Positions 46,621 through 56,290 are shown, counted from the first letter of the stretch. The stretch: DNA of 64,000 bases from a candidate division WOR-3 bacterium (GCA_016930175.1 JAFGHJ010000023.1:17053-81052); one strand, 5' to 3'. The notes: a model not told the origin generated them from the letters alone. Numbers and translations: made by a program.

Positions 46621-47658
46621 TTACTTTTCGTAGGATTCACTTAAGAAAGCAGTAAAGTTTTCGTAGAAGTTGTTGTTAATCTCTTCTTTAACTTTGTCCA
46701 GAGCCCTTCCTTTGACAGATGCGGCAGATACATGTCCTTCTCTTGCGCTTGCTGTATAGGTATTCATGGTGTTACCTGTCATTGCGTTTGTCACGTCGAT
46801 GGTTAGCTCCCAGCGGACAAAATCTCCTTCTCGAGGAAATTCGAGAGGAGTTATATCAAGGGCACCTTTGATTATAATGTCCGGATTCTGTTCGCCCGCG
46901 CTCATTCCTATTTGGTTTACCACCTCTCTTAAATAAGAAGAAAGTTTTTCTTTTTCGCTGCCCGTTGTTTCTATTTTTGCCACTATCGTATTTTTTAATC
47001 CCTGTAATTCTACCAGGATATCTTCCTTCGGAACCGGCAGGGTTGGGGTGTCGCCCATCAGGGATAGAATTTGATGGATTGAACGGAGGGCTTCCCCAAT
47101 TTTTATTATCTCCAGGCATTTTTTAAGATAGATAAGTTTTGTGATTTTGTTTCCAGCGTCTTCTGCCTCCTGGTAAAAACGCACGAGTGATCTATCGTTT
47201 TTTTGTATTTCTTCAAGATAAATCATTTCCGTTTCTGCCTTGCTGATTACAGAAAGAACGTAAAAGGTCGCGGTTTTCTCATCGAAATAGGTTTTTCCCG
47301 TTCTTACGTTGATAAGTTCGTTGTCGCTTGTGAGAGCGCTTCTGTTTACGAGATTTACTGAGTGCTCCCAATCCATTTCCTGGTCTTTCTTTTTCTCCTC
47401 CGAGTATGCCTCCAGAATTCTTCTGTCGAGTTTTACGTTTACGGAGAAAATATTGGAAAGAGAACCAATCGAACGTTGTTTTGCTTCATCAAGGGTACTC
47501 CCGCTCGCCACTTCAGCCAGGTATAGCCTTTTTGGATATAGGGCGTCGGGATTTTCTACCCATTCAGGGAGATTGTTTGTTTTAGTACTCGAAGCGCTTG
47601 AAGCGCATCCGAAAAGTATGAATATAAGGAACATTACAAAATAAGTATTTTTAATCAT
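46621..47658 (-). CDS. LPP20-family lipoprotein
   Basis: Lipobox LFGC and PEWV..P...Y....L...G...A...A pattern; co-located with COG3014 and LpoB-like genes. Confidence 0.7.
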   Translation of the reverse strand: MIKNTYFVMFLIFILFGCASSASSTKTNNLPEWVENPDALYPKRLYLAEVASGSTLDEAKQRSIGSLSNIFSVNVKLDRRILEAYSEEKKKDQEMDWEHSVNLVNRSALTSDNELINVRTGKTYFDEKTATFYVLSVISKAETEMIYLEEIQKNDRSLVRFYQEAEDAGNKITKLIYLKKCLEIIKIGEALRSIHQILSLMGDTPTLPVPKEDILVELQGLKNTIVAKIETTGSEKEKLSSYLREVVNQIGMSAGEQNPDIIIKGALDITPLEFPREGDFVRWELTIDVTNAMTGNTMNTYTASAREGHVSAASVKGRALDKVKEEINNNFYENFTAFLSESYEK

Positions 47659-49097
47659 CTGTACGACACCCCCTCTAGTAGGTTCATATCGTTTTTGTCT
47701 ATAAAAACTATTTTTTTCTCCAAATCTACAACTTTGCCGCGTTCGTCTAAATATTCGAAGGCAACCTCATATTCGCCCGGCGGAAGGTCGATTTTTCCGG
47801 CGTAAACTCTTCCGGGCATAGTTCTCCAGCATCGAAGGTCAGCATTCTCGGTTATATCCGTTACGGCATCCACGGCAAACTTAAGTAGACCTGCCATAAA
47901 TTTGTCTTTACCTCGTTTCTTGACCTCTTCTTCTTTGTCTTCCTCCTCCCCTTCTTTTTCCTCGTATTTCTTATCTATATTTTCTTTTGTTTTAGCATCT
48001 ATTGTAGCTTTGATTAACGTTCTTAACGCAGCCCGGAGGTAAATAAGGGGTTTTTTTACATTAAAGGTTTCTTCCGCGATACCTCCGAAATCTTCAATCA
48101 GGTATAGCTCTCCCATAGCTTGACCGTTTACGAGAGTTCTGATATGCCTGATTCTGGACTTTCTTCTAACTATTTCAGGAACTGCGAATTTCAAATGTAA
48201 TTCGCTATCACCTTTGTATTTGAAAGAGCTGATTTCGGTGTTTTTTTTGCCCGGCATCATAATTCTTGCCATATCCAGGTCCGGGTCATAGTCGAGCAGC
48301 AGAGTGGCTTGTATTTTAACCGGGCTCCTTCCCGCGAAGCATAAGGTGTAAACGGGAACCGTGTTTTCTGCTCCGGGTGATAAAACTTCTTTCGAAAAAT
48401 TTTCCAACCTGCCGGAAGAAGCTTCCAGGAGCTTCATTCTGTCAATTTTAACATCGTCCCATTTACCTGTACTTTTGTATCCGAGCATTGATAAGTAACT
48501 ACCGGTAATGGAATATCTGAGGTTGGTCTTGCCGGGAATAAAACTAAACTCGGCTTCGCTTTCCTTTAATTTTTCGCTTGTACCTAGTTTTTCAGCCATA
48601 TTGCTATATTTGTCCTGCAGCCGGTTTAATTTTAAGTTAGTTCTGCGTATCTCGACCATTGCTTCATCTTTCTTGTTTAAATGAATATAATTAAGGTTTT
48701 TTATTACGTTGATAAAGATGTCTTCGTAATCCTCACCTGCGTAATCGAGAACATTATCATTAAGCAGGAATGAAATCATCATCTTTGAGATAGACCTGGT
48801 GAAATTTTCTTCAATTGCAACTTCAGCCTTGTCGAGAAACTGGTTGCTCTCCTCGTATCTTCCCGCGAAGTGCAGTGCTATACCCATATCCAGGTAATAA
48901 AGGACTTTGTCTTTGCCTTCATACTTACCTTCTTTCCCGGCTTTCTCTATCTTCTCTGCCGCTCCGCTATAAAAACGTGAGGTAAAGTCTTCTTCAATGC
49001 CTTTATAATGCTGTACCTGCGTTTGTATGTAAGCGCAGCCGACGTAAGACAGGATAAAAATCGCTATAAAAGCAGCGAGAAAACGCTTAAAGTACAT
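47655..49097 (-). CDS. COG3014-like TPR lipoprotein
   Basis: Lipobox VGC, LYYLDMG..HFAGRYEESN, YAGEDYE, A.VEIRR and ADLRCWRTMP motifs. Confidence 0.8.
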   Translation of the reverse strand: MYFKRFLAAFIAIFILSYVGCAYIQTQVQHYKGIEEDFTSRFYSGAAEKIEKAGKEGKYEGKDKVLYYLDMGIALHFAGRYEESNQFLDKAEVAIEENFTRSISKMMISFLLNDNVLDYAGEDYEDIFINVIKNLNYIHLNKKDEAMVEIRRTNLKLNRLQDKYSNMAEKLGTSEKLKESEAEFSFIPGKTNLRYSITGSYLSMLGYKSTGKWDDVKIDRMKLLEASSGRLENFSKEVLSPGAENTVPVYTLCFAGRSPVKIQATLLLDYDPDLDMARIMMPGKKNTEISSFKYKGDSELHLKFAVPEIVRRKSRIRHIRTLVNGQAMGELYLIEDFGGIAEETFNVKKPLIYLRAALRTLIKATIDAKTKENIDKKYEEKEGEEEDKEEEVKKRGKDKFMAGLLKFAVDAVTDITENADLRCWRTMPGRVYAGKIDLPPGEYEVAFEYLDERGKVVDLEKKIVFIDKNDMNLLEGVSYR

Positions 49098-49100
49098 TCA

Positions 49101-49703
49101 CTACCATTTATATCCGCGTTGTTCAATAAATTTCTTTATCTTTTTGTTTCCTATCCAGGCTTTGGTATTCTTTTCCACATCGATTAACTCGAGGTTTATC
49201 GTGTAAAAAACAGCTTTCTTACCTTCGAACCAGTCTTCAACCGAGGCGACCGAACCTATTAAAAAGTAATCTGCACCTACCTCCTGCGCAAGTTTCTTTG
49301 CTGTTTCTATGGAGGCATACATTTGCTGGTCCATCCTTTCTTCCCTTATTTCTTCTCTCTCGCCTTTTGAGGCAACAAAATCGACTTTACCCGAATTAAT
49401 CAGTTCTCGTTCTATATCTTTTATGAAGACGCCGACGTTTATGTGTTCCGTGCTTTCGTTCCTGATTGTTCCCACAATAACCACAGGCTTCTCGAATTTT
49501 TCCTGCTCGAAGTCTATAAGCCATGGACGGGATAACATGTCCGAAATCATGCTTTCCGCCACGAGTCTCGAGTCGGTATCGTTCCACCTTCCCGAGAGGT
49601 CCGTAACTTCATCCGGGGATATTCTTTTGACTGTTCTTCCGCCTCCGCAGCCGGAAATAAGCAAAAGACAAAAAATCAATAAAAATAGTTTACGCATATA
49701 CAT
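49101..49703 (-). CDS. lpoB: Penicillin-binding protein activator LpoB-like lipoprotein
   Basis: Lipobox ISGC, DLSGRWNDTDS, I.N.STEHI, GADY.L.G and W...KKIKK motifs. Confidence 0.8.
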   Translation of the reverse strand: MYMRKLFLLIFCLLLISGCGGGRTVKRISPDEVTDLSGRWNDTDSRLVAESMISDMLSRPWLIDFEQEKFEKPVVIVGTIRNESTEHINVGVFIKDIERELINSGKVDFVASKGEREEIREERMDQQMYASIETAKKLAQEVGADYFLIGSVASVEDWFEGKKAVFYTINLELIDVEKNTKAWIGNKKIKKFIEQRGYKW

Positions 49704-49717
49704 CCTCCTTTTTGAGT

Positions 49718-49746
49718 ATTATAAACAATTTGATTTTATATGTCAA
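49718..49746 (-). promoter_or_regulatory. Promoter of the lpoB operon (near-identical to the CBM9 gene 1 promoter)
   Basis: Minus strand TTGACA-17 nt-TATAAT. Confidence 0.75.
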
Positions 49747-49768
49747 GGAACAAAAAACCATACACAGT

Positions 49769-50021
49769 ACTCCCAAGCTATTAGCTGTTTGCCTTTAGCT
49801 GTTGGTTTAAAAAATATACAAATAAAAACTTTGTTTTCTCTGTGTGAAATTTAGCGAGTAGGTATAAGAGAGCAGTTAGCAGTAAAAAAACTTTGTGGGC
49901 TTTGTGTCTTTGTGTGAGACCAATTTGGGGTTGTGGGATGGTTTTTAAACAACAATATATTTTTTTCTCTGTGTATTTCTGTGTGCTCTGTGGTTTAATT
50001 GGTTCTTGGGGAAGGGGGTGG
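49769..50021. repeat. Intergenic repeat-module array (reverse-orientation relative of 27754-27950)
   Basis: 28-nt identity with 27923-27950 (reverse complement); CTTTGTG and CTCTGTG repeats, TTTTAAACAACAA and G-tracts. Confidence 0.85.
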
Positions 50022-50055
50022 TTGCCTTTTGCCGGGGTTTTCGTATAATTCCGGA

Positions 50056-50700
50056 ATGGACAATAAAACTATAGAAAAGGTTTTGAATATACTTAAAGAA
50101 AAATACGCCGAATGGAAGCCTCCCATTGTAACGGAGATAGCGAGTAAAACAGGTGACCCTTTCCGCGTGCTTATTTCGACTGTGCTCAGTTCCCGCACCA
50201 AAGACGCGGTTACAAGAGAAGCTTCCAGGAGGCTGCTTGAAAAGGCTTCAACGCCCCGGGAGGTAGCGAAGCTATCTCCGAGAGAAATAGAGAAATTAAT
50301 CTACCCCGTCGGGTTTTTCCGTACAAAAGCTAAGAGAATTCCTGAGCTGGTTCGTATTTTGATCGATGAATACGAAGGAAAGGTTCCTGATGAGCTGGAA
50401 GAATTGCTTAAACTTCCGGGCGTGGGAAGAAAAACCGCAAATCTGGTTTTGACTGTAGGTTTTGGTAAACCGGGTATATGCGTCGATACACATGTCCACC
50501 GTATATCCAACAGATTCGGGTATGTAAGGACGAAGAATCCCGCGGAAACAGAGTTCGCCCTGAGGGAGAAATTACCGGAAAAGTGGTGGATATCTTATAA
50601 TGATTTTCTGGTAACTCTGGGTCAAAACATCTGTTTTCCCAGGAATCCTCATTGCGGAGAATGTCCGCTGAATAAGCTTTGTGAAAAAGTAAATATTTAA
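50056..50700 (+). CDS. nth: Endonuclease III
   Basis: [11 protein letters not shown], Hh[18 protein letters not shown] and C-x6-C-x2-C-x5-C Fe-S motif. Start trimmed to ATG 50056. Confidence 0.95.
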   Translation: MDNKTIEKVLNILKEKYAEWKPPIVTEIASKTGDPFRVLISTVLSSRTKDAVTREASRRLLEKASTPREVAKLSPREIEKLIYPVGFFRTKAKRIPELVRILIDEYEGKVPDELEELLKLPGVGRKTANLVLTVGFGKPGICVDTHVHRISNRFGYVRTKNPAETEFALREKLPEKWWISYNDFLVTLGQNICFPRNPHCGECPLNKLCEKVNI

Positions 50701-50719
50701 GAGAAACGCATTCACGAAT

Positions 50720-50755
50720 AAAAAAACCCGCGGTAAATTTACCGCGGGTTTTTTT
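50720..50755. terminator. Bidirectional intrinsic terminator
   Basis: Perfect palindrome AAAAAAACCCGCGGTAAATTTACCGCGGGTTTTTTT between convergent genes. Confidence 0.9.
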
Positions 50756-50776
50756 AACAACTTAATCAAAAACTGC

Positions 50777-52393
50777 TTACTTCAGCAGCATTACCTTCTT
50801 AGTGGCTGATTCGTTGCCTGCTTTAAGATTGCAGAGGTAAACACCATTTGCGAGACCTGATACGTCCAGAGATACGGTGCTTCCATTAGCATCCGCAGCT
50901 TTAACCAGCTGTCCTGCTACATTGAAGAGACTCACTTTCGCTGCGATTCCAGCCGGAACGCTTACCGAAACAACTACGTTGCCGGTTGTTACTACCGGAG
51001 CAACTGAAAGTGCGATGTTAGCAGCAGCTGGCTCCGAAATTCCGCTGGTCACTGATAAAATTGCCGTTCCAAAGAGGCCCGGATCCTGCCAAGAGTTATT
51101 ATCGGCAGCCCACCATTTTGTCATGGCTTCACGAGTTGAGCCGTCGTTGTCTGCGATCTGGACTTCCCAGCCGATTACCTGACCTACCTCAAGCGGGAAC
51201 AACTGAGCCGGAGGATCACCCTTCACGAGCTCTGCAACAGGGATAGCCAATTCAAAGTTATAACCATCATCTGTTTTAAGCCATGCCCATTCACCCTTGT
51301 CAGCCCATCCTGACTGGATTTCGGTTTTACCCCAAACCCATCTCCACTGAATATCATTGGCGTCGTATGGGCTGGCTTTGCTGTTATCACCGTCGAAATA
51401 GAGCTCAAAGCAGTCATTGTTATGCGAATTCGCTGCGTCCCCTTCGCCCGTGACGGAGTCGTCCATCACTCTTCCGAAGAAGTAAATACCATCCGCATTC
51501 CAAGCGACACGATAGTATGAGCAAATATCCGAGTCGCCATTAAACATACCCGACTCGTTGATATAGCCGGACATCTTAACTTCAGGAACTTCGACATCCT
51601 CAACATCGACCCACTCGTCACCCAAATCTCCGTCGATTGTAGGAGCGAATTCGATTTGTGGTATCGGTAATACATTATCCTCGTTGGCAAGTTGAGCCGT
51701 TCCGAAGAGGCCCGGATCCTGCCAGGAGTTATTGTCGGCAGCCCACCATTTTGTCATGGCTTCACGAGGTCCGCCGTCGTTGTCGGCAACCTGGGTTTCC
51801 CATCCGATTGTAGTGCCTGCCGTAAGGTCAAACAACTGAACCGGAGGATCACCCTTCACGAGCTCTGCGACAGGAATTTCCAGCTCGAAGCTATAACCAT
51901 TAGTGGTTGTAGCCCATGCCCAGTTACCTTTGTCAGCCCATCCTGATGTTATCTCGGTTACGCCATAAACCCATCTCCACTGGATATCATTGGCATCGTA
52001 TGGAGCGGTTTTGCTGTTATCGCCGTCGAAATAGATTTCCCAGCAGTCGTTGTTGTGTGAATTGGCAGCGTCCGCTTCACCTGTTACGGAGTCGTCTGCA
52101 ACCTCTCCGTAGAAATAAATGCCGTCTTCGTTCCACGCGACCTTGTAGAATGAAGCGCAGTCAGCGTAACCATGGAATGAATCCGGCTGCTCTAAAATAT
52201 ATCCGTACATTTGAATATTGGGACAAGACAAAACCCAATCTTCGTCTATTTCGCCGTCGATTACAGGAGCAAATTCTACGTATGGGATGTTAAGAACATC
52301 ATTAACCGTGCTACCAGCATTCTGAGCTGAAAGTATAATACTAAAGCAAAAAAGCAACAAGAACATTTTTGATAAAATTGGAAGTCTATTCAC
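50777..52393 (-). CDS. Secreted tandem CBM9-like protein with T9SS C-terminal domain (paralog 2)
   Basis: Same architecture as 28045-29703, with long identical peptide stretches. Confidence 0.85.
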   Translation of the reverse strand: MNRLPILSKMFLLLFCFSIILSAQNAGSTVNDVLNIPYVEFAPVIDGEIDEDWVLSCPNIQMYGYILEQPDSFHGYADCASFYKVAWNEDGIYFYGEVADDSVTGEADAANSHNNDCWEIYFDGDNSKTAPYDANDIQWRWVYGVTEITSGWADKGNWAWATTTNGYSFELEIPVAELVKGDPPVQLFDLTAGTTIGWETQVADNDGGPREAMTKWWAADNNSWQDPGLFGTAQLANEDNVLPIPQIEFAPTIDGDLGDEWVDVEDVEVPEVKMSGYINESGMFNGDSDICSYYRVAWNADGIYFFGRVMDDSVTGEGDAANSHNNDCFELYFDGDNSKASPYDANDIQWRWVWGKTEIQSGWADKGEWAWLKTDDGYNFELAIPVAELVKGDPPAQLFPLEVGQVIGWEVQIADNDGSTREAMTKWWAADNNSWQDPGLFGTAILSVTSGISEPAAANIALSVAPVVTTGNVVVSVSVPAGIAAKVSLFNVAGQLVKAADANGSTVSLDVSGLANGVYLCNLKAGNESATKKVMLLK

Positions 52394-52633
52394 TTATTAA
52401 CCTCCTTACATTCTGATATTTTAATTTGCATTTAATTAAAAATTTTTATTAATCTATTATTATAAGATGGGTGATTTTCAGTGAAACGAACATAATAAAA
52501 TGTTCCGGCCTTCCCTCCTATCTTCCGAAAAAGAAGAAAAGGCCTTACCTGCAAATTTTTAATCGAACAGTTAAATGCATTATAGCACCCCCATTTTTTT
52601 GTTTGACTAAAAACTTCTTATGCTTAGGATAAC

Positions 52634-52813
52634 AATATAATGAAATAAAACACAATGTCAAGGGGTTTTTTTCTGAAACCAGGACGCATCTTTTGAGATC
52701 TAAAGGGCAGGAGAAGTTGTTGAATTGTTGCAATGAATTGGTTTTTTTGCTCCGGTGTTTCTTAAATATTTAAGAAATTTTACCCTTGACAAAAACACCT
52801 CTTTTGTTATACT
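52634..52813. promoter_or_regulatory. Divergent promoters with a 20-bp palindromic candidate operator
   Basis: Minus strand TTGACA(52661)-16-TATATT; plus strand TTGACA(52786)-16-TATACT; perfect palindrome TTTCTTAAATATTTAAGAAA at 52758-52777. Confidence 0.65.
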
Positions 52814-53047
52814 AATAACTGAAATTTGGTAGACTTCATGTAAGGCTAAAGATTATAATCCGGTAAGGTTAAGGAGTGGGTATATTTTAAGCTGTTTAGC
52901 CTGATATCTCAGGGGGGTTGTAATAAAATTGAGCTTTTCTAAAATAGAGTTAATATTTCAAAATTTGATAAGAGACGTTGTCAGGTGTTCCGTATTTCGG
53001 TCTTCAGTTTTAATCCAATTTGTAAACCCTAACGAAAGGAGGCTTTA

Positions 53048-56000
53048 ATGAAAAGTACGAGAAGGGGAAGAGAATTGTTGCCCAGGTGGATTATAGGAGG
53101 GGTGTTTGTTATTTTGTCTTTGCTTGCCTTTAATCCAAGCGTGAAAGCGGCAGTTACAGGAAAAATTGCGGGTGTTGTAGTTGATGCGGAAACAGGTGAG
53201 CCTTTACCCGGAGCTAATGTTTTGATAGAGGGTACTACTTTGGGAGCTGCAGCCAATCCGGACGGATATTTTTTCATTATAAGAGTATCCCCCGGTATCT
53301 ATGATGTCCAGGCGAGGATGATGGGATTTGAGAGTGTGACTATGACCGGTGTTGAGGTGACTACCGATCACACGACTCAGGTTAGATTTGAACTGAAATC
53401 CACGGTTGTCCCGGGCGAAGGTGTTACCGTAAAAGCGGAGGCGGAGGTTATAAAAATGGACCTTTCATCTTCCGCTATTTCTGCTAAAAGCGATGATATA
53501 GAAGCTGTTCCGTTTGTTGACGAGGTCGGGGATTATATTAACAGACAGGCTGGGGTTCAGGGTTGGCAAATAAGGGGAGGAGGTTTAGATCAGGTAAGTT
53601 TTATGACAGATGGTTTAAACCTTGTGGATGGCAGAACGAATAATCCAGCTCTTATGCCCCCCTTGAGTATGATAAAAGAGCTCAACGTAATCAAGGGCGG
53701 TTTTGCTCCCGAGTATGGCAATCTAAGGTCGGGCTTGGTAAACATTGTGACCAGAGAACCTTCTAATGTCTATAATGGTTCGATTAATTTTCGTTACAGT
53801 CCCGCTTATTTGAAACACCGTGGACCTACTGTTTATGATACGTCGCATTATTGGGTAGGAGCTTTCGTTTTAGAAAAAGACAGCCTTTGCTGGATAGGAG
53901 CAAGAGGTCTTACGACAAAAGCGAGGGATGCTTATCGCGCAGGAGATTCCGTTTTAGGCGATTACTATACCGACCTTAAAACCAGCTATTTTCCATTTGA
54001 TAACGGTTGGCTTGGAGCAGCCGGCGGAGATCCCGATAGCGCGGCGAAATTGCGCGATAAATTTATCTGGTCGCACCGTCTCCAGGGGGCGGATGAGTTG
54101 TTGCCGGATGGTTCCCCTTATGATGGTGAGCCGAGAGTCGCGACGTATGGCGATAAACCTGACTTTAACGTAGATGCTGGTTTTGGAGGACCTGTTCCCG
54201 TAATCGGTGGTTTTTTAGGAGATTTAGGTTTTTATGCAGCTTACAGACAGAATAAAGAAGCTTTTGCTCTTCCGACAAGCAGAGATTATTATGGAGAACA
54301 GAATGCAATGGTGAAGCTGGTCTCCCATCTTACGCAGTCGATAAAAGTTAGCTTTGATCTGATGTACGGGGAGCAGAACACTGTTTCTGCGAGTTCGAAC
54401 GGAGAGCTGGGTGCGGAGGACAATCCGTATGGTCTTTATTTAAACCCGGGTGACCTCGGTCCTCAGTTTGTCGATTTTGTCCAGGGTACGGGTTATGTCA
54501 GCGGAGCGGGTGGAATTTATGTGTCAGGTGGGAGCGATGTATTCAGGAGTCAGCTGACATCGAAACACGCGGTATATTATCCTGCTTTTATTCCAGTATA
54601 TGATATTTCTCACAATATGCAGGGTTTTACCTTTGACCACGCGTTAAGTGAGAAAACTTTCTATACCGTCAGGATTTCTCATTTGGGAAACGAGAGACTT
54701 TGCAGCGCTTATGAAACATTCGATGAGAGAGATACTACAATATATACGTTGACGAGCGGCGCAGAGGTTACTGAAATTCCTTATGGATATTATTTAGAAG
54801 CTGCTGATGTACAGATAAATGGTGTCTACATGGGAGCGCATTGTGCGGGTGCTGTCGATTCCTCGGTATCTCATACCTGGGATTTTAAAGTTGATTTAAC
54901 GAGTCAAATTAACGCATACAATGAAGTAAAGATAGGAATTGAATATAATTATGCTGATATGAATACGTACTATGAGAAAAACAGATGGGAGTCTCCGCAC
55001 GAAAATTGGGTTGTCGATTGGGAAGCCAGTCCCATTAGAGGAGGCGCCTATATACAGGATAAAATCGAATTTGAAGGTATTATAGCGACAGTAGGATTAA
55101 GAGCTGATTGGAATGACCCTAATTTAGAATGGTTCGAGCTGGAAGATGATCCTTATGATTATTACTTTACAAGGGTGGGTAAGAGTTTGTTGCTCACCGA
55201 AGCTGAAACTCATCCGGCGCAGGGTCATTTGAAAATAGCTCCTCGTTTCGGAATATCTCATCCTATATCAGAGAATGCCAAATTATATTTCAATTACGGG
55301 GATTTTTATTCCCTTCCGGCTTCTTATAATTTGTATCAGATATTCTGGGGTCCGGCACGATATGGTGTAAGGTATTTTGGTAATCCGGAGCTCGACTGGC
55401 CTCTTACAAGAGCTTACGAGTTAGGTACCGACTGGGGTATTGCGGATATGTTCCGTATTCACCTTGCCGGTTACTATAAAGATATTACCAATCAGCCTGT
55501 GGCTGTGGAGTATATAGGTTACGATGATTCTCCGCACTACAAGGTGCCTGAAAGCTCAAACTACGAGGATATTCGTGGTATAGATTTCAGAATCAGTAAA
55601 GACTATGGGAACTGGATAAGAGGCTGGCTGAATTACGACTACAGGGTAAGGAGTTATGGCCAGACGGGTAAGAGTATACGCTACCAGAGCTTACTTCAGG
55701 ACGCGACGCTCGGTGCGTGGGACACTTTAGAGTATACTCCCCGCGCTCAGCCGATATTAGAAGCCAATATTCAATTTTTGACTCCTGAGGATTTAGGTCT
55801 ATTACTTGGTAACATTTCACTTAGTCTTAACTACTCCTGGGAAGCAGGTAGCTATTTGACCTTTGACCCATTGAAAAGAGAAATAGGGGATCCCACAAGA
55901 CCATATTTAAATATGCAGTGGAAACCCTGGAGGAATATCCAGGCAAGAATCCAGAAGGGAATAAATGTTGCCGGAATAAATCTCAGCATATTTGCAGAGG

Positions 56001-56260
56001 TAGATAATCTTTTCGATTGGAAATATTTAGATACGGGATCCGGCAGCTTTGTTAATCAAGACGACGAAGATAAATATTATGCCTCGTTGAGGTTACCCAT
56101 CTATGAGGATCCGGAGTATGAAAACTATGGAGAGCCCGGAGATGATCAGTTTGGTGATTTCAATAGTGAAGATAAGCCACATATTGACGATCCGGCGTTA
56201 ACGCATCTTGCCTTCCATCACCCTCGATTTTTCGTTTTTGGAGTGAAAGTTGATTTTTAG
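53048..56260 (+). CDS. Large TonB-dependent receptor with N-terminal carboxypeptidase-regulatory-like domain
   Basis: TGKIAGVVVDAETGEPLPGANV, IRGG..DG plug, GGFAPEYGN..SGLVNIVT, PRFGISHPI and terminal VDF. Confidence 0.9.
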   Translation: MKSTRRGRELLPRWIIGGVFVILSLLAFNPSVKAAVTGKIAGVVVDAETGEPLPGANVLIEGTTLGAAANPDGYFFIIRVSPGIYDVQARMMGFESVTMTGVEVTTDHTTQVRFELKSTVVPGEGVTVKAEAEVIKMDLSSSAISAKSDDIEAVPFVDEVGDYINRQAGVQGWQIRGGGLDQVSFMTDGLNLVDGRTNNPALMPPLSMIKELNVIKGGFAPEYGNLRSGLVNIVTREPSNVYNGSINFRYSPAYLKHRGPTVYDTSHYWVGAFVLEKDSLCWIGARGLTTKARDAYRAGDSVLGDYYTDLKTSYFPFDNGWLGAAGGDPDSAAKLRDKFIWSHRLQGADELLPDGSPYDGEPRVATYGDKPDFNVDAGFGGPVPVIGGFLGDLGFYAAYRQNKEAFALPTSRDYYGEQNAMVKLVSHLTQSIKVSFDLMYGEQNTVSASSNGELGAEDNPYGLYLNPGDLGPQFVDFVQGTGYVSGAGGIYVSGGSDVFRSQLTSKHAVYYPAFIPVYDISHNMQGFTFDHALSEKTFYTVRISHLGNERLCSAYETFDERDTTIYTLTSGAEVTEIPYGYYLEAADVQINGVYMGAHCAGAVDSSVSHTWDFKVDLTSQINAYNEVKIGIEYNYADMNTYYEKNRWESPHENWVVDWEASPIRGGAYIQDKIEFEGIIATVGLRADWNDPNLEWFELEDDPYDYYFTRVGKSLLLTEAETHPAQGHLKIAPRFGISHPISENAKLYFNYGDFYSLPASYNLYQIFWGPARYGVRYFGNPELDWPLTRAYELGTDWGIADMFRIHLAGYYKDITNQPVAVEYIGYDDSPHYKVPESSNYEDIRGIDFRISKDYGNWIRGWLNYDYRVRSYGQTGKSIRYQSLLQDATLGAWDTLEYTPRAQPILEANIQFLTPEDLGLLLGNISLSLNYSWEAGSYLTFDPLKREIGDPTRPYLNMQWKPWRNIQARIQKGINVAGINLSIFAEVDNLFDWKYLDTGSGSFVNQDDEDKYYASLRLPIYEDPEYENYGEPGDDQFGDFNSEDKPHIDDPALTHLAFHHPRFFVFGVKVDF

Positions 56261-56290
56261 TATCAACCAAGAGGTAAGGAGGAAATAATA

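Noticed and set aside
49999-50055. N-terminal extension of nth (MVLGEGGG...)
   Set aside because: It overlaps the G-tract and promoter; the real start is most likely ATG 50056.
52545-52733. 62-aa ORF in the divergent promoter region
   Set aside because: It spans promoter boxes and has no RBS or recognisable motif.
52820-53047. Riboswitch in the long TonB receptor leader
   Set aside because: No cobalamin, TPP, FMN or SAM consensus elements were recognisable by eye; an Rfam scan would be needed.
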